Shown: piece by piece, positions 47,190 through 59,727 of the stretch | How positions within the stretch are numbered: the first letter of the stretch is position 1 | Layout: each line of letters starts with the position of its first letter | Source of the DNA: Mobula hypostoma | Lineage: Eukaryota | Assembly: GCF_963921235.1 (NCBI RefSeq) | Contig: NC_086109.1 | Span: forward strand, 19,594,001-19,658,000 | Direction of reading: 5' to 3' | Length of the DNA: 64,000 nt | Translations under genes and position numbers: made by a program | Notes under the pieces: generated by a model | Told to the model about the DNA's origin: nothing | Seen by the model: the letters and a program-made list of their open reading frames with translations, nothing else | Database searches by the model: none

Positions 47190-48860
47190 ACTCCTGCATG
47201 TATCAATGGTGTTAAGATGGAGATAGTTGAGAGCTCCAAATTCCCAGGTATAAATATCTCCAATAGTTTGTCCTTGTACAAACAGGTGGAAGCTATGATG
47301 AAGAAAGCACACCAGCACCTCTTCTTCCTCAGAAGGCCAAGGAAATTCAGCATGTCCCTGTTGATCCTCACCAATTTTTATAAAGGGTTGTAAACTCTGC
47401 CAGCACCATCATGGGCACTTGCTTCCTCATCTTCGAAAGACAATGCCTCAGAAAGGCCTCTTCCATCATTAAGGGCTCTCGCCACCCAGGACATACCCTC
47501 TTCTCATTACTACCATCAGAGAGGAGATACAGGAGCGTGAAAACACACACTCAATGTTTTAGGAGCAGCATCTTCCCTTAAAAATATATAAGTAGTGCAA
47601 AAAAAGGGAGCAAAAATCATGAGGGAATGTTCACAGGTTCATTGTCTGACATCAGATTTCTGACGTGGACAATGAACCCATGAACGTCACCTCACTATTT
47701 TTGCTCTCTTTTTGCGCAGTACTGTATTTGTCAATGAGGAGCAGAGAGTGGGGTGGTAAATCTTGCCAGAGCAAAGACTGTTGGAAGTGGCAAGGGATGG
47801 AGCACCACAGGGGTGAGTGGGTGGGACAGGTGGCAGGGAAGGAGTGTTGGTGTGGGGGTGGCTCAGGTGCAGACACACCCATCCCTGAGACACCAGGCAA
47901 GGTCGTTTGATTACAAACAATTGGTTTATTGATCACTGCAGAATGTCTCTCTGGTGCTTCCCACTGCCACCCCTCTCTCTTGCCTTTTTCCCAATCATAT
48001 TTTTTCCTCTCCCTTCCCTTCCTACTCTCAGTCCACAATAGAGACCTATGTCAGAATCAGGTTTATCATCACTCATATATGTCATGATTTTTTTTGGTGG
48101 CAGCAGCACAGTGCAATACATAAAATTACTACAGTACTGTGCAAAAGTCTTAGGCATCCTTGCTATATATGTGTGTTGAAGACTTTTGCACAGTACTCTA
48201 TATTGTACTGTATTTCACTGTACTGTTGCCATAAAACAAACAATTTCATGACAAATGTCGGTGAGAAAAAACCTGATTTTAATTCTGGTTCTGAGACGCA
48301 CATAGAAAACAGCGTATCTGGATACATTGCAGTTTGGTATGATAACCACTCCGCCCAAGACATCAAGAAATTGCAGTGAATTGTGAACAAAGCCCAGTCT
48401 ATCATGAAAACCATCCTCCCTTCCATTGACTCTTTCTACACTTCCCACTGCTTTAGAAAAACAGCTAACATAATCAAAGACTCCCTCCCGCATATTCATT
48501 CTCTCTTGTACTCCCTCCCCCAATGGGCAGAAGATACAAAAGCTTAAGAGCATGTACAACCAAACCAAACCACCAAGCACCAAGCAGCTTCTTTCCTGCT
48601 GTTATAAGACTCTTTAATAGACCTTCTGTATAATAAAAGTCAACTTTTGATCTTTCAACCTTGGTCATTATGGACCTTGCAAATTATTTGACTATCTTTA
48701 CTGTACTTTTTCTGTAACTGTAATACTATATTCTATATTTGGTTACTGATTTCTCCTCTGTATTACCTCAATACACTGTTTTGAGGAATGATCTGTTTGG
48801 ATGGAAGGCATGGAAAATGAAGTTTTTCCCTGTATCTCAAATCTGGGGCAATAACAGGCA
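47190..48860. mobile_element. Cluster of Rex1/Babar 3' fragments in both orientations
   Basis: Repeated HPGH-LFS-LPSGRR-type codons (47480-47570, 48480-48620) and (TCTGAT)-type tails. Confidence 0.7.
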
Positions 48861-50385
48861 CATTACCAACACCATGATTGTATTGTAAGGAAGTTTCCCA
48901 GAGCCATTTGTCCTTAAAATTTTCCACTATGACTGAGTTGTTAATCATCTCTCCTGACATCAATAGAAGTTACTTGATGTCAAACCTAGTCTGCTAATGT
49001 TCCTGTGATGCTCCTCAGTATGTTTGTAATGTATATCAATTCAAGTTGTAGGCAAACAAGATCTTGCATTTATGAAGTGTTTTCCTCAATGGCGGCTTTT
49101 TCCAAAGTACTCCCCAGACTTTGGAGTGTTTCCAAAGTACTCATATGGTAGCATTTTGGTAGGGCTGCCCTCATGAGAATGAATCGTGTGGTTCATTGAC
49201 TTTGCCAAACTTGGGAGGCTGTCCACTGGTTAACCAGCAGGGGGAGATAGAGCAGGAAAGTAAAGATGGCCACAACCAGATGAACCAGCACATCTCTGTC
49301 TTCCTCCCTTACTATAGGAAAGATTATCACAAAAGTCAACCAACTTACATGCAACGAACTTCCACAAACAGCAAAGGCTGACAAGGTGGCCTTTTCTTTT
49401 AATAAAGTTATTTTGGAGTTAAAAACTGGGCAGAGAACTGCTCAGAAATTCCACTGTTCTTCTTCTAAAGCAATAGAGCAATAAGGCAATGCAAGTTTGT
49501 ATTCTTCATGGAGATTTCCCCTTTGCTGTTCCTCCTGCTTCAGAATGAATATTTATCAATAATAATAGATGACAAGCAAATCTCATCTGGCATGATTCAT
49601 TGGTACATATTACTATTGATGAATACATATTCATAGGTAATAGAAGCCACAAATGGGAATAACTAGGCCATTCTATGAGATTTCTGATCCATAAGTACAA
49701 ACCAATTTTGTCACACATGACAGATCAAGATGAAATAAACCAGACAAGTAATATAAAAAAAATTATATCCTCCCCTAAACCATACGTCAAACACACTAAG
49801 TCCCAGTTAGATTACCACGTTCTGGCTATTGAAAGCTGGAAAGCGATTTGCGTTTCTGATCTTTCATAACCTTTTACTATGATTCCTGCATTTCAAAAGT
49901 AAGTCATTTACTACAGAGTGATTTGCAAAAGGTACAATGGAAATCCAGGCTCTTTCTTTTTATACTCAGATGGATAATCACCTCTTTCATACCCCTTTCC
50001 CAGCAGTGCAGGACATTACTCAGAATTCTGTTCCTCTCAGTTATTCCATTATTGTCATTTTAATCATTCTTTTTGTACTGCAGATGACACTAGAATCTTT
50101 GCTCCATTCTGTTTGTTTTTGCACTTCTTGTATTTATTGTATTTATTATTACCATGTATACTAATTACTCTGTGAGCTTCATGTGAGCGAGGAACTTCAT
50201 TACAGCCTGGTGGACAGTAAATTTCGTCAGGATCATTCTGGAATCATTCTTGTAAATCTTCTCTGGGCCCTCTCCAATGCCAGTACATCTTTTCTTAGAT
50301 AAACTAGGTTTGCAGGGGCAATGGGAACCAGAGCACCAGAACAGATAGTGGAGTGGTTATAGAAAAAGATGTTGTTAAGCCTACA

Positions 50386-52577
50386 TATAGAAACATAGAA
50401 ACATAGAAAATAGATGCAGGAGTAGGCCATTCAGCCCTTCGAGCCTGCACCGCCATTTATTATGATCATGGCTGATCATCCAACTCAGAACCCCGCCCCA
50501 GCCTTCCCTCCATACCCCCTGATCCCCGTAGCCGCAAGGGCCATATCTAACTCCCTCTTAAGTATAGCCAATGAACTGGCCTCAACTGCTTCCTGTGGCA
50601 GAGAATTCCACAGATTCACCACTCTCTGTGTGAAGAAGTTTTTCCTAATCTCGGTCCTAAAAGGCTTCCCCTTTATCCTCAAACTGTGACCCCTTGTTCT
50701 GGACTTCCCCAACATCGGGAACAATCTTCCTGTATCTAGCCTGTCCAATCCCTTTAGGATTTTATACGTTTCAATCAGATCCCCCCTCAAACTTCTAAAT
50801 TTCAATGAGTACAAGCCCAGTTCATCCAGTCTTTCTTCATATGAAAGTCCTGCCATCCCAGGAATCAATCTGGTGAACCTTCTTTGTACTCCCTCTATGG
50901 CAAGGATGTCTTTCCTCAGATTAGGGGACCAAAACTGCGCACAATACTCCAGGTGTGGTCTCACCAAGGCCTTGTACAACTGCAGTAGTACCTCCCTGCT
51001 CCTGTACTCGAATCCTCTCGCTATAAATGCCAGCATACCATTCGCCTTTTTCACGGCCTGCTGTACCTGCATGCCCACTTTTAATGACTGGTGTATAATG
51101 ACACCCAGGTCTCGTTGCACCTCCCCTTTTCCTAATCGGCCACCATTCTGATAATAATCTGTTTTCCTATTTTTGCCACCAAAGTGGATAACTTCACATT
51201 TATCCACATTAAATTGCATCTGCCATGAATTTGCCCACTCACCCAACCTATCCAAGTCACTCTGCATCCTCTTAGCATCCTCCTCACAGCTAACACTGCC
51301 ACCCAGCTTCGTGTCATCCTCAAACTTGGAGATGCTGCATTTAATTCCCTCACCCAAGTCATTAATATATATTGTAAACAACTGGGGTCCCAGCACTGAG
51401 CCTTGCAGTACCCCACTAGTCACCGCCTGCCATTCTGAAAAGGTCCTGTTTATTCCCACTCTTTGCTTCCTGTCTGATAACCAATTCTCCATCCACATCA
51501 ATACCTTACCCCCCAATACTGTGTGCTTTAAGTTTGCACACTAATCTCCTATGTGGGACCTTGTCAAAAGCCTTTTGAAAATCCAAATATACCACATCCA
51601 CTGGTTCTCCCCTATCCACTCTACTAGTTACATCCTCAAAAAATTCTATGAGATTCGTCAGACATGATTTTCCTTTCACAAATCCATGCTGACTTTGTCT
51701 GATGATTTCACCGCTTTCCAAATGTGCTGTTATCACATCTTTGATAACTGACTCCAGCAGTTTCCCCACCACCGACTTTAGGCTAACCGGTCTATAATTC
51801 CCCAGTTTCTCTCTCCCTCCTTTTTTAAAAAGTGGGGTTACATTAGCCACCCTCCAATCCTCAGGAACTAGTCCAGAATCTAACGAATTTTGAAAAATTA
51901 TCACTAATGCATCCACTATTTCTTGGGCTACTTCCTTAAGCACTCTAGGATGCAGACCATCTGGCCCTGGGGATTTATCTGCCTTCAATCCCTTCAATTT
52001 ACCTAACACCTCTTCCCTACTAACATGTATTTCACTTAGTTCCTCCATCTTACTGGACCCTTTGTCCCTTACTATTTCTGGAAGATTATTTATGTCCTCC
52101 TTAGTGAAGACAGAACCAAAGTAATTATTCAATTGGTCTGCCATGTCCTTGCTCCCCATAATCAATTCACCTGTTTCTGTCTGTAGGGGACCTACATTTG
52201 TCTTTACCAGTCTTTTCCTTTTTACATACCTATAAAAGCTTTTACAGTCAGTTTTTATGTTCCCTGCCAGTTTTCTCTCATAATCTTTTTTCCTCTTCCT
52301 AATTAAGCCCTTTGTCCTCCTCTGCTGAACTCTGAATCTCTCCCAGTCCTCAGGTGAGCCACTTTCTCTGGCTAATTTGTATGCTTCTTCTTTGGAATTG
52401 ATACTATCCCTAATTTCTCTTGTCAGCCACGGGTGCACTACCTTCCTTGATTTATTCTTTTGCCAAACTGGATGAACAATTGTTGTAGTTCATCCATGCA
52501 ACCTTTAAATGCTTGCCATTGCATATCCACCGTCAATCCTTTAAGTGTCATTTGCCAGTCTATCTTAGCTAATTCAA
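50386..52577 (-). mobile_element. Young 5'-truncated CR1 LINE with frameshifted RT
   Basis: ORFs 51506..52438 and 50485..51516 (DFQKAFDKV, QGSVLGP; FADD changed to FEDD) and a (TTTCTATG)n tail. Confidence 0.95.
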
Positions 52578-54342
52578 TATGTACAATGTCGGGAATCAAA
52601 AGATTGAGCATGGTGGGACTAGTGTTCTGAGCTGCCTATATTTCAATGTTGTAGTATTGTAAAAAAGACAGATGAGTTTAGGGCATGGATTAGCATGTGG
52701 AATTATGACATTGCAGCCATTAGTGGCACTCGGTTGCGGGACGGCAGGACTGGCAGCTCAATGTTCCAGGGTTCCATTGCTTTAGATGTGATAGCACAGG
52801 AGGGATTAAAGAGGGAAGGGTGACATTTCTAGTCAGGGAAAATGTCCCGGCGGTGGTCTGTCAGGACAGACTGGGGAACTCATCTAGTGAAGCTTTATTG
52901 GTAGAACTGAACAATAACAAAGGTATGACCACATTAATGGGATTATATTATGGACTGCGGGCTTCAGAGGAGCAAATTTGTAGAGAGGTTGCAGACTCTT
53001 AAGAAACATAAGGTTGTGATAATAGATGATTTTAACTTTCCACATATTGGCTGGGACTTTCATACCATAAAGGGGTTCGATGGGAAAGAGTTTGTCAAAT
53101 GTGTTCAAGAGAGTTTTCTTATCAGTACATTGAAGTCCCGCTAGAGAGAGTGCAATACCAGATCTTCAAATAGTGAATGAGACAGGGTAGCTGACAAAAG
53201 TTTGTGTAGGGGAACATGTTGCATCTAATGATCATAAAGTCATTAGTTTCAAAGTTATCATGGAAAAGGATAGGTCTGGTCCTCGGGTTGAAATTGTAAA
53301 TTGCAGAGAGGCCAATTTTGATGCTAGCAGAAAGGATCTGGCAAGTGTGGACTGGGACAGGCTGTCTTCTGGCAAAGGTGTACTTGGTAAATGGGAGTCC
53401 TCCAAAACTCAAATTTTGAGAATACAGATGTTATTAAGTTCCAGTCTGAATAAGAGGCAAGGATAACAGGTTTAGGGAGGGAATCTTGGTTTTCAAGAGA
53501 GATATTGAAGCCCAAGTTAAGGAAAAGGAGGAAGTGCACAGCTGGTATAGGCAAGCAGAAACAAGTGAGGTACTTGAGGGGTATAAGAAATACAAGAAAA
53601 CACTTAAGTAGGAAATCAGAAGGGATAAAGAAAGACATGAGGTTGCTCGAGCAGTCAAGGTGAAGGAGAATCCCAAGGGTTTCTATGGTCCTCTGGAAGA
53701 TCAGAAAGATAATCTATGCATGGAGCTGAACATGATGGGAAATATCTTAAATGGAGTTTTCGTGCCTGTATTTATTCTGAAGATGGACATAGCATCTATA
53801 GAAGAGAGGCAACACAGCAGCAGGGCCATGGACCCTGTACAGGTTACAGAGGAGGTGTTTGCTGTCTTGCAGAAAATTAGGGTGGATAAACTCCCATGGC
53901 CTGACATGCAGGAAACCTAGCAGAGATATTTAAAACATCCTTAGCAATGGGTGTGGTGCCAGAGAATTGGAGGATACCTGATGCTGTTCCACTATTTAAG
54001 AAAAGCTCTAACAATAAACCGGGAAATTAGAGATTGATGAGCCTGGCATCAGGAATGAGAAAGTTTCGGCCGTTGATCGGGACAGGACTGCGCAAGCACG
54101 TGGAAGTCAGTCTGAGAGTCAGTGGGAGTATTTAAAAAGGAGCAGTTTGACGGAGCGGGCGACGTTGTAGCGGGCGACGGAGTAGAGGGAGACAGAGTAG
54201 GGAGGCTTTGGCTTGAGAGGTTTCGGCAAGCAGAGGCTAAGGACGAGCTTCACTCCAAGTGCGGACTCCTCCAGAGTCTTCGGCAAGGAGGCTGAGAGAT
54301 GCAACTACGCCACAGTTGGAGAGGGTGAGAAGTGGTGAAGAG

Positions 54343-55269
54343 ATGACCGCTAGGCTGTTTCAGTGTGCTGCGTGCATGATGTGGGTGGTTAGGGACACTG
54401 ATAGTGCCTCTGGCTCCTACACCTGTGGAAAATGTGTCCAGTTTCAGCTTCTGAAGGACCGTGTTGCAGCACTGGAGAGGCAACTGGAAGATTTTAGGTT
54501 CATCCGGGAAAACGAGAGTTTTCTGGACAGGACCTACAGTGAGGTCGTTACACCGAGGATACCGGAAGAGAGAAGAGGGGCGACGATGAGCAAGGAAAGG
54601 ATGCTTGAAGTACAGGAGACCCCGGGGGATGCGCCTCTCGTAAACAGGTTCACCCTCTTGGAAGCTGTCGGGACAGAAGATGATGCCAGCCTGAGAGGCG
54701 GTCAGGTCTGCGGGCCAACAATCGGCGCTGAAGCAAAGCCGAAGAGACAGACGTCAGGCAGAGCCGTGGTAGTAGGGGACACAATAGTGAGAGGTACAGA
54801 AAGGAGTTTCTGTGGCAACAGGCGAGATTTAAGGATGGTGTGTTGCCTCCCTGGTGCCGGGATCCAGGATGTCACGGATCGATTGCAGGGCATCCTCAAG
54901 GGTGAAGGTGAACATCCAGAAGTGGTGGTGCATGTCGGCACAAATGACGTGGGGAAGAAGAGGAAAGACATTCTACAGCGTCACTTCAGAGAACTCGGAA
55001 GAAGGCTGAAAAGCAGGACTTCCAGGGTGGTTATCTCTGGTTTGCTTCCAGTTCCTCGTGCTGGAGTGGGTAAGGACAGGGAGATAATGGATCTGAATGT
55101 GTGGCTGAGGAACTGGTGCAGGAAGCAAGGATTTACATTCTTCGACCATTGGGGTATGTTTCAGGGTAAGGATGAATTGTACAAAAGGGACGGGTTGCAC
55201 CTTAATAAGTGGGGCACCAGCATTCTGGCAGGCAGGTTTGCCTCTGCAACACGGGTGTGTTTAAACTAA
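54343..55269 (+). CDS. CR1 ORF1p: zinc finger, coiled coil and SGNH/GDSL esterase domain
   Basis: Intact frame from ATG 54343: CAAC...CGKC, LLKDRVAALERQLEDF, VVVGDTIVRG, CLPGA, HVGTND and DGLHLN. Confidence 0.9.
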   Translation: MTARLFQCAACMMWVVRDTDSASGSYTCGKCVQFQLLKDRVAALERQLEDFRFIRENESFLDRTYSEVVTPRIPEERRGATMSKERMLEVQETPGDAPLVNRFTLLEAVGTEDDASLRGGQVCGPTIGAEAKPKRQTSGRAVVVGDTIVRGTERSFCGNRRDLRMVCCLPGAGIQDVTDRLQGILKGEGEHPEVVVHVGTNDVGKKRKDILQRHFRELGRRLKSRTSRVVISGLLPVPRAGVGKDREIMDLNVWLRNWCRKQGFTFFDHWGMFQGKDELYKRDGLHLNKWGTSILAGRFASATRVCLN

Positions 55270-55417
55270 GTAGTGGGGGAGGGGACAAACTGGAAACATA
55301 AGGATGGAGATAAAGGGAAAGTGAGAATAAGAAAAGTTAAGAAAAACAGCAGAATCAACAGAGCAGAAAGCTCAAGAAGGGATCGTACAGTGTGGCCAAG
55401 TGAAGTAGGAATTGATA

Positions 55418-56888
55418 GAAACCATAGAAACCATAGAAACTACAGCACAGAAACAGGCCTTTTGGCCCTTCTTGGCTGTGCCGAACCATTTTCTGCCTAG
55501 TCCCACTGACCTGTATACGGACCATATCCCTCCATACACCTCCCATCCATGTATCTGTCCAATTTATTCTTAAATGTTAAAAAAGAACCCGCATTTACCA
55601 CCTCATCTGGCAGCTCATTCCACACTTCCACCACTCTCTGTGTGAAGAAGCCCCCCCTAATGTTCCCTTTAAACTTTTCCCCCCTCACCCTTAACCCATG
55701 TCCTCTGGTTTCTTTCTCCCCTAGCCTCAGTGGAAAAAGTCTGCTTGCATTCACTCTGTCTATACCTATCATAATTTTATATACCTCTATTAAATCTCCC
55801 CTCATTCTTCTACGCTCCAGGGAATAAAGTCCTAACCTATTCAACCTTTCTCTGTAACTGAGTTTCTCAAGTCCCGGCAACATCCTTGTAAACCTTCTCT
55901 GCACTCTTTCAACCTTATTTATATCCTGGCTGTAAGTTGGTGACCAAACCTGAACACAATACTCCATAACATTTCAGCTCTTATACTCAATACTTTGATT
56001 AATAAAGGCCAATGTACCAAAAGCTCTCTTTACAACCCTATCCACTTGTGACGCCACTTTTAGGGAATTTTGTATCTGTATTTCCAGATCCCTCTGTTCC
56101 ACTGCATCCCTCAGTGCCTTACCATTAACCCTGTATGTTCTACCTTGGTTTGTCCTTCCAACGTGCAATACCTCACACTTGTCTGTATTAAACTCCATCT
56201 GCCATTTTTCAGCCCATTTTTCCAGCTGGTCCAAGTTCCTCTGCAGGCTCTGAAAACCTTCCTCACTGTCTACTACACCTCCAATCTTTGTATCATCAGC
56301 AAATTTGCTGATCCAATTTACCACATTATCATCCAGATCATTGATATAGATGACAAATAACAATGGACCCAGCACTGATCCCTGTGGCACACCACTAGTC
56401 ACAGGCCTCCACTCAGAGAAACAATTCTCTACCACCACTCTCTGGCTTCTTCCATTGAGCCAATGTCTAATCCAATTTACCACCTCTCCATGTATACCTA
56501 GCAACTGAATTTTCCTAACTAATCTCCCATGCGGGACCTTGTCAAAGGCCTTACTGAAATCCATGTAGACAATATCCACTGCCTTCCCTTCATCCACTTT
56601 CCTGGTAACCTCCTCAAAAAACTCCAACAGATTGGTCAAACATGACCTACCATGTTGACTCTCCCTAATAAGTCCCTGTCTATCCAAATGCTTGTAGATT
56701 CTGTCTCTTAGTACTCCCTCCAATAACTTACCTACTACCGACGTTAAACTCACCGGCCTATAATTTCCCGGATTACTTTTCGATCTTTTTTTAAACAACG
56801 GAACAACATGAGCCACTCTCCAATCCTCCTCCGGCACCTCACCCGTAGACAGCGACATTTTAAATATTTCTGCCAGGGCCCCCGCATA
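55418..56888 (-). mobile_element. Young 5'-truncated CR1 LINE nested in the full-length element
   Basis: ORFs 55974..56858 (DFSKAFDKV, KFADD) and 55497..55967, a (TTTCTATGG)n tail, and TGATA on both sides (55413-55417, 56889-56893). Confidence 0.95.
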
Positions 56889-56892
56889 TGAT

Positions 56893-59727
56893 ATGGGAGG
56901 TGAGGGGAGTAATAAATTAAAAATATTATATATGAATGCACGGAGTATAAGAAATAAAGTGGATGAGTTTGAGGCACAGTTGGAAATTGCTAAGTGTGAT
57001 GTTGTGGGAACAACAGAGACATGGCTTCAAGTGGACAGGGCCTGCGAAATGAATATTCAAGGGTATACGTCCTATCGAAAGGACAGGCTGATGGGCAGAG
57101 GGGGTGGGGTGGCTCTGTTGGTGAGGAAGGATATTCAGTCCCTTGCGAGGGGGGACATAGAATCAGGAGACATAGAGTCAGTATGGATAGAACTGAGAAA
57201 TTCTAAGGGTAGAAAGGCCCTAATGGGAGTTATCTACAGGCTCCCAAACAGTAGTCTGGATGTAGGGTGTAAGTTGAATCAAGAGTTAAAATTGGCATGT
57301 CGCAAAAGTAATGCTACAGTTGTTATGGGGGATTGAAACATGCAGGTAGACTGGAGGAATCAAGTTGGTACTGGACCCCAAGAAAGGGAGTTTGTGGAGT
57401 GCCTCCGAGATGGATTCTTAGAACAGCTTGTACTGGAGCCTACCAGAGAGATCGCAATTCTAGATTTAGTGTTGTGCAGTGAACCAGATTTGATCAGGGA
57501 CCTTGAGGTAAGGGAGCCATTAGGAGGTAGTGACCATAATATGATAAGTTTTAATCTACAATTTGAGAGGGGGAAGGGAAACTCGGAAGTGTCAGTATTA
57601 CAGTTGAACAAAGGGAACTATGGTGCTATGAGGGAGGAGCTGGCCAAAGTTCAATGGAACAATACCCTAGCAGGGATGACAGTGGAACAGCAATGGCAAG
57701 TGTTTCTGGGAATAATGCGGAAGGTGCAGGATCAGTTTTTTCCAAAGAGGAAAAAAGATCCCAAGGGAAGTAAGGGGAGGCCGTGGTTGACAAGAGAAGT
57801 AATGGACAGTATAAAAATAAAAGAGAAGAAGTATAACATAGCAAAGATGAGTGGGAAGCCGGAGGATTGGGAAACTTTTAAAGAGCAACAGAAGGTAACT
57901 AAAAAGGCAATACACAGAGAAAAAATGAGGTACAAAGGTAAACTAGCCAAGAATATAAAGGAGGATAGTAAAAGCTTCTTTAGGTATGTGAAAAGGAAAA
58001 AAATAGTTAAGACCAAAATTGGGCCCTTGAAGACAGAAACGGGTGAATTTATTATGGGGAACAAAGAAATGGCAGACGAGTTGAACAGGTACTTTGGATC
58101 TGTCTTCACTAGGGAAGACACAAACCATCTCCCAGATATAAAGGTGGCCAAAGGACCTAGGGTAATGGATGAACTGAAGGAAATTTATATTAGGCAGGAA
58201 ATGGTGTTGGATGGACTGTTGGGTCTGAAGGCTGATAAGTCCCCGGGACCTGATGGTCTGCATCCCAGGGTACTTAAGGAGGTGGCTTTAGAAATCGTGG
58301 AGACATTGGTAATCATTTTCCAATGTTCTATAGATTCAGGATCAGTTCCTGTGGATTGGAGGGTGGCTAGTGTTGTCCCTCTCTTCATAAAGGGAGGAAG
58401 AGAGAAAACAGGGAATTATAGACCGCTTAGCCTGACGTTGGTGGTGGGAAAGACGCTGGAGTCAATTATAAAAGATGAAATTACGACACATCTGGATAGC
58501 AGTAACAGGATCAGTTTGAGTCAGCATGGATTTACGAAGGGGAAATCGTGCTTGACTAATCTTCTGGAATTTTTTGAGGATGTAGCTATGAAAATGGACA
58601 AGGGAGAGCCAGTGGATGTAATGTGCCTGGACTTTCAGAAAGCCTTTGATAAAGTCCCACATATGAGATTAGTGGGCAAAATTAGGGCACATGGTATTGG
58701 GGGCAAAGTACTGACATGGATTGAAAATTGGCTGGCTGACAGAAAACAAAGAGTAGCCATTAATGGGTCCCTTTCGGAATGGCAGGCGGTGACCAGTGGG
58801 GTACCACAGGGTTCAGTGCTGGGACCGCAGCTGTTTACAAAATATATTAATGATTTAAATGAGGGAATTAAAAGTAACATTAGCAAATTTGCCGATGACA
58901 CAAAGCTGGGTGGCAGTGTGAACTGTGAGGAGGATGTTATGAGAATGCAGGGTGACTTGGACAGGCTGGGTGAGTGGGCAGATGCATGGCAGATGCAGTT
59001 TAATGTGGATAAATGTGAGGTTATCCACTTTGGTGGTGAGAACAGGAAGGCAGATTATTATCTAAATGGAGTCAAGTTAGGAAAAGGGGAAGTACAACGA
59101 GATCTAGGTGTTCTTGTACATCAGTCACTGAAAGCAAGCATGCAAGTTCAGCAGGCTATGAAGAAAGCTAATGGCATGCTGGCCTTCATAACAAGGCAAA
59201 TTGAGGATAAGAGCAAAGAGGTCCTTCTGCAGCTGTACAGGGCCCTGATGAGACCATACCTGGAGTACTGTGTGCAGTTTTGGTCTCCAAATTTGAGGAA
59301 GGACATTCTTGCTATTGAGGGAGTGCAGTGTAGGTTCACGAGGTTAATTCCCGGGATGGCGGGACTGTCATATGTCGAAAGATTGGAGCGATTGGGCTTG
59401 TATACTCTGGAATTTAGAAGGCTGAGAGGGGATCTTATTGAAACATATAAGATTATTAAGGGATTGGACACGCTGGAGGCAGGAAGCATGTTCCCGCTGA
59501 TGGGTGAGTCCAGAACCAAAGGCCACAGTTTAAGAATAAGGGGTAGGCCATTTAGAACGGAGTTGAGGAAAATTTTTTTCACCCAGAGAGTGGTGGATAT
59601 ATGGAATGCTCTGCCCCAGAAGGCTGTGGAGGTCAAGTCTCTGGATGCTTTCAAAAAAGAGATGGATAGAGCTCTTCAAGATAGCGGAATCAAAGGTTAT
59701 GGGAATAAGGCAGGAACTGGATACTGA
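56893..59727 (+). pseudogene. CR1 ORF2p (AP endonuclease plus reverse transcriptase) with a single in-frame stop
   Basis: 56893..57336 and 57340..59727 are in the same frame, separated by TGA in the GD[F]N motif. YMNARS, GSDH, DFQKAFDKV, QGSVLGP and KFADD are present. Confidence 0.95.
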
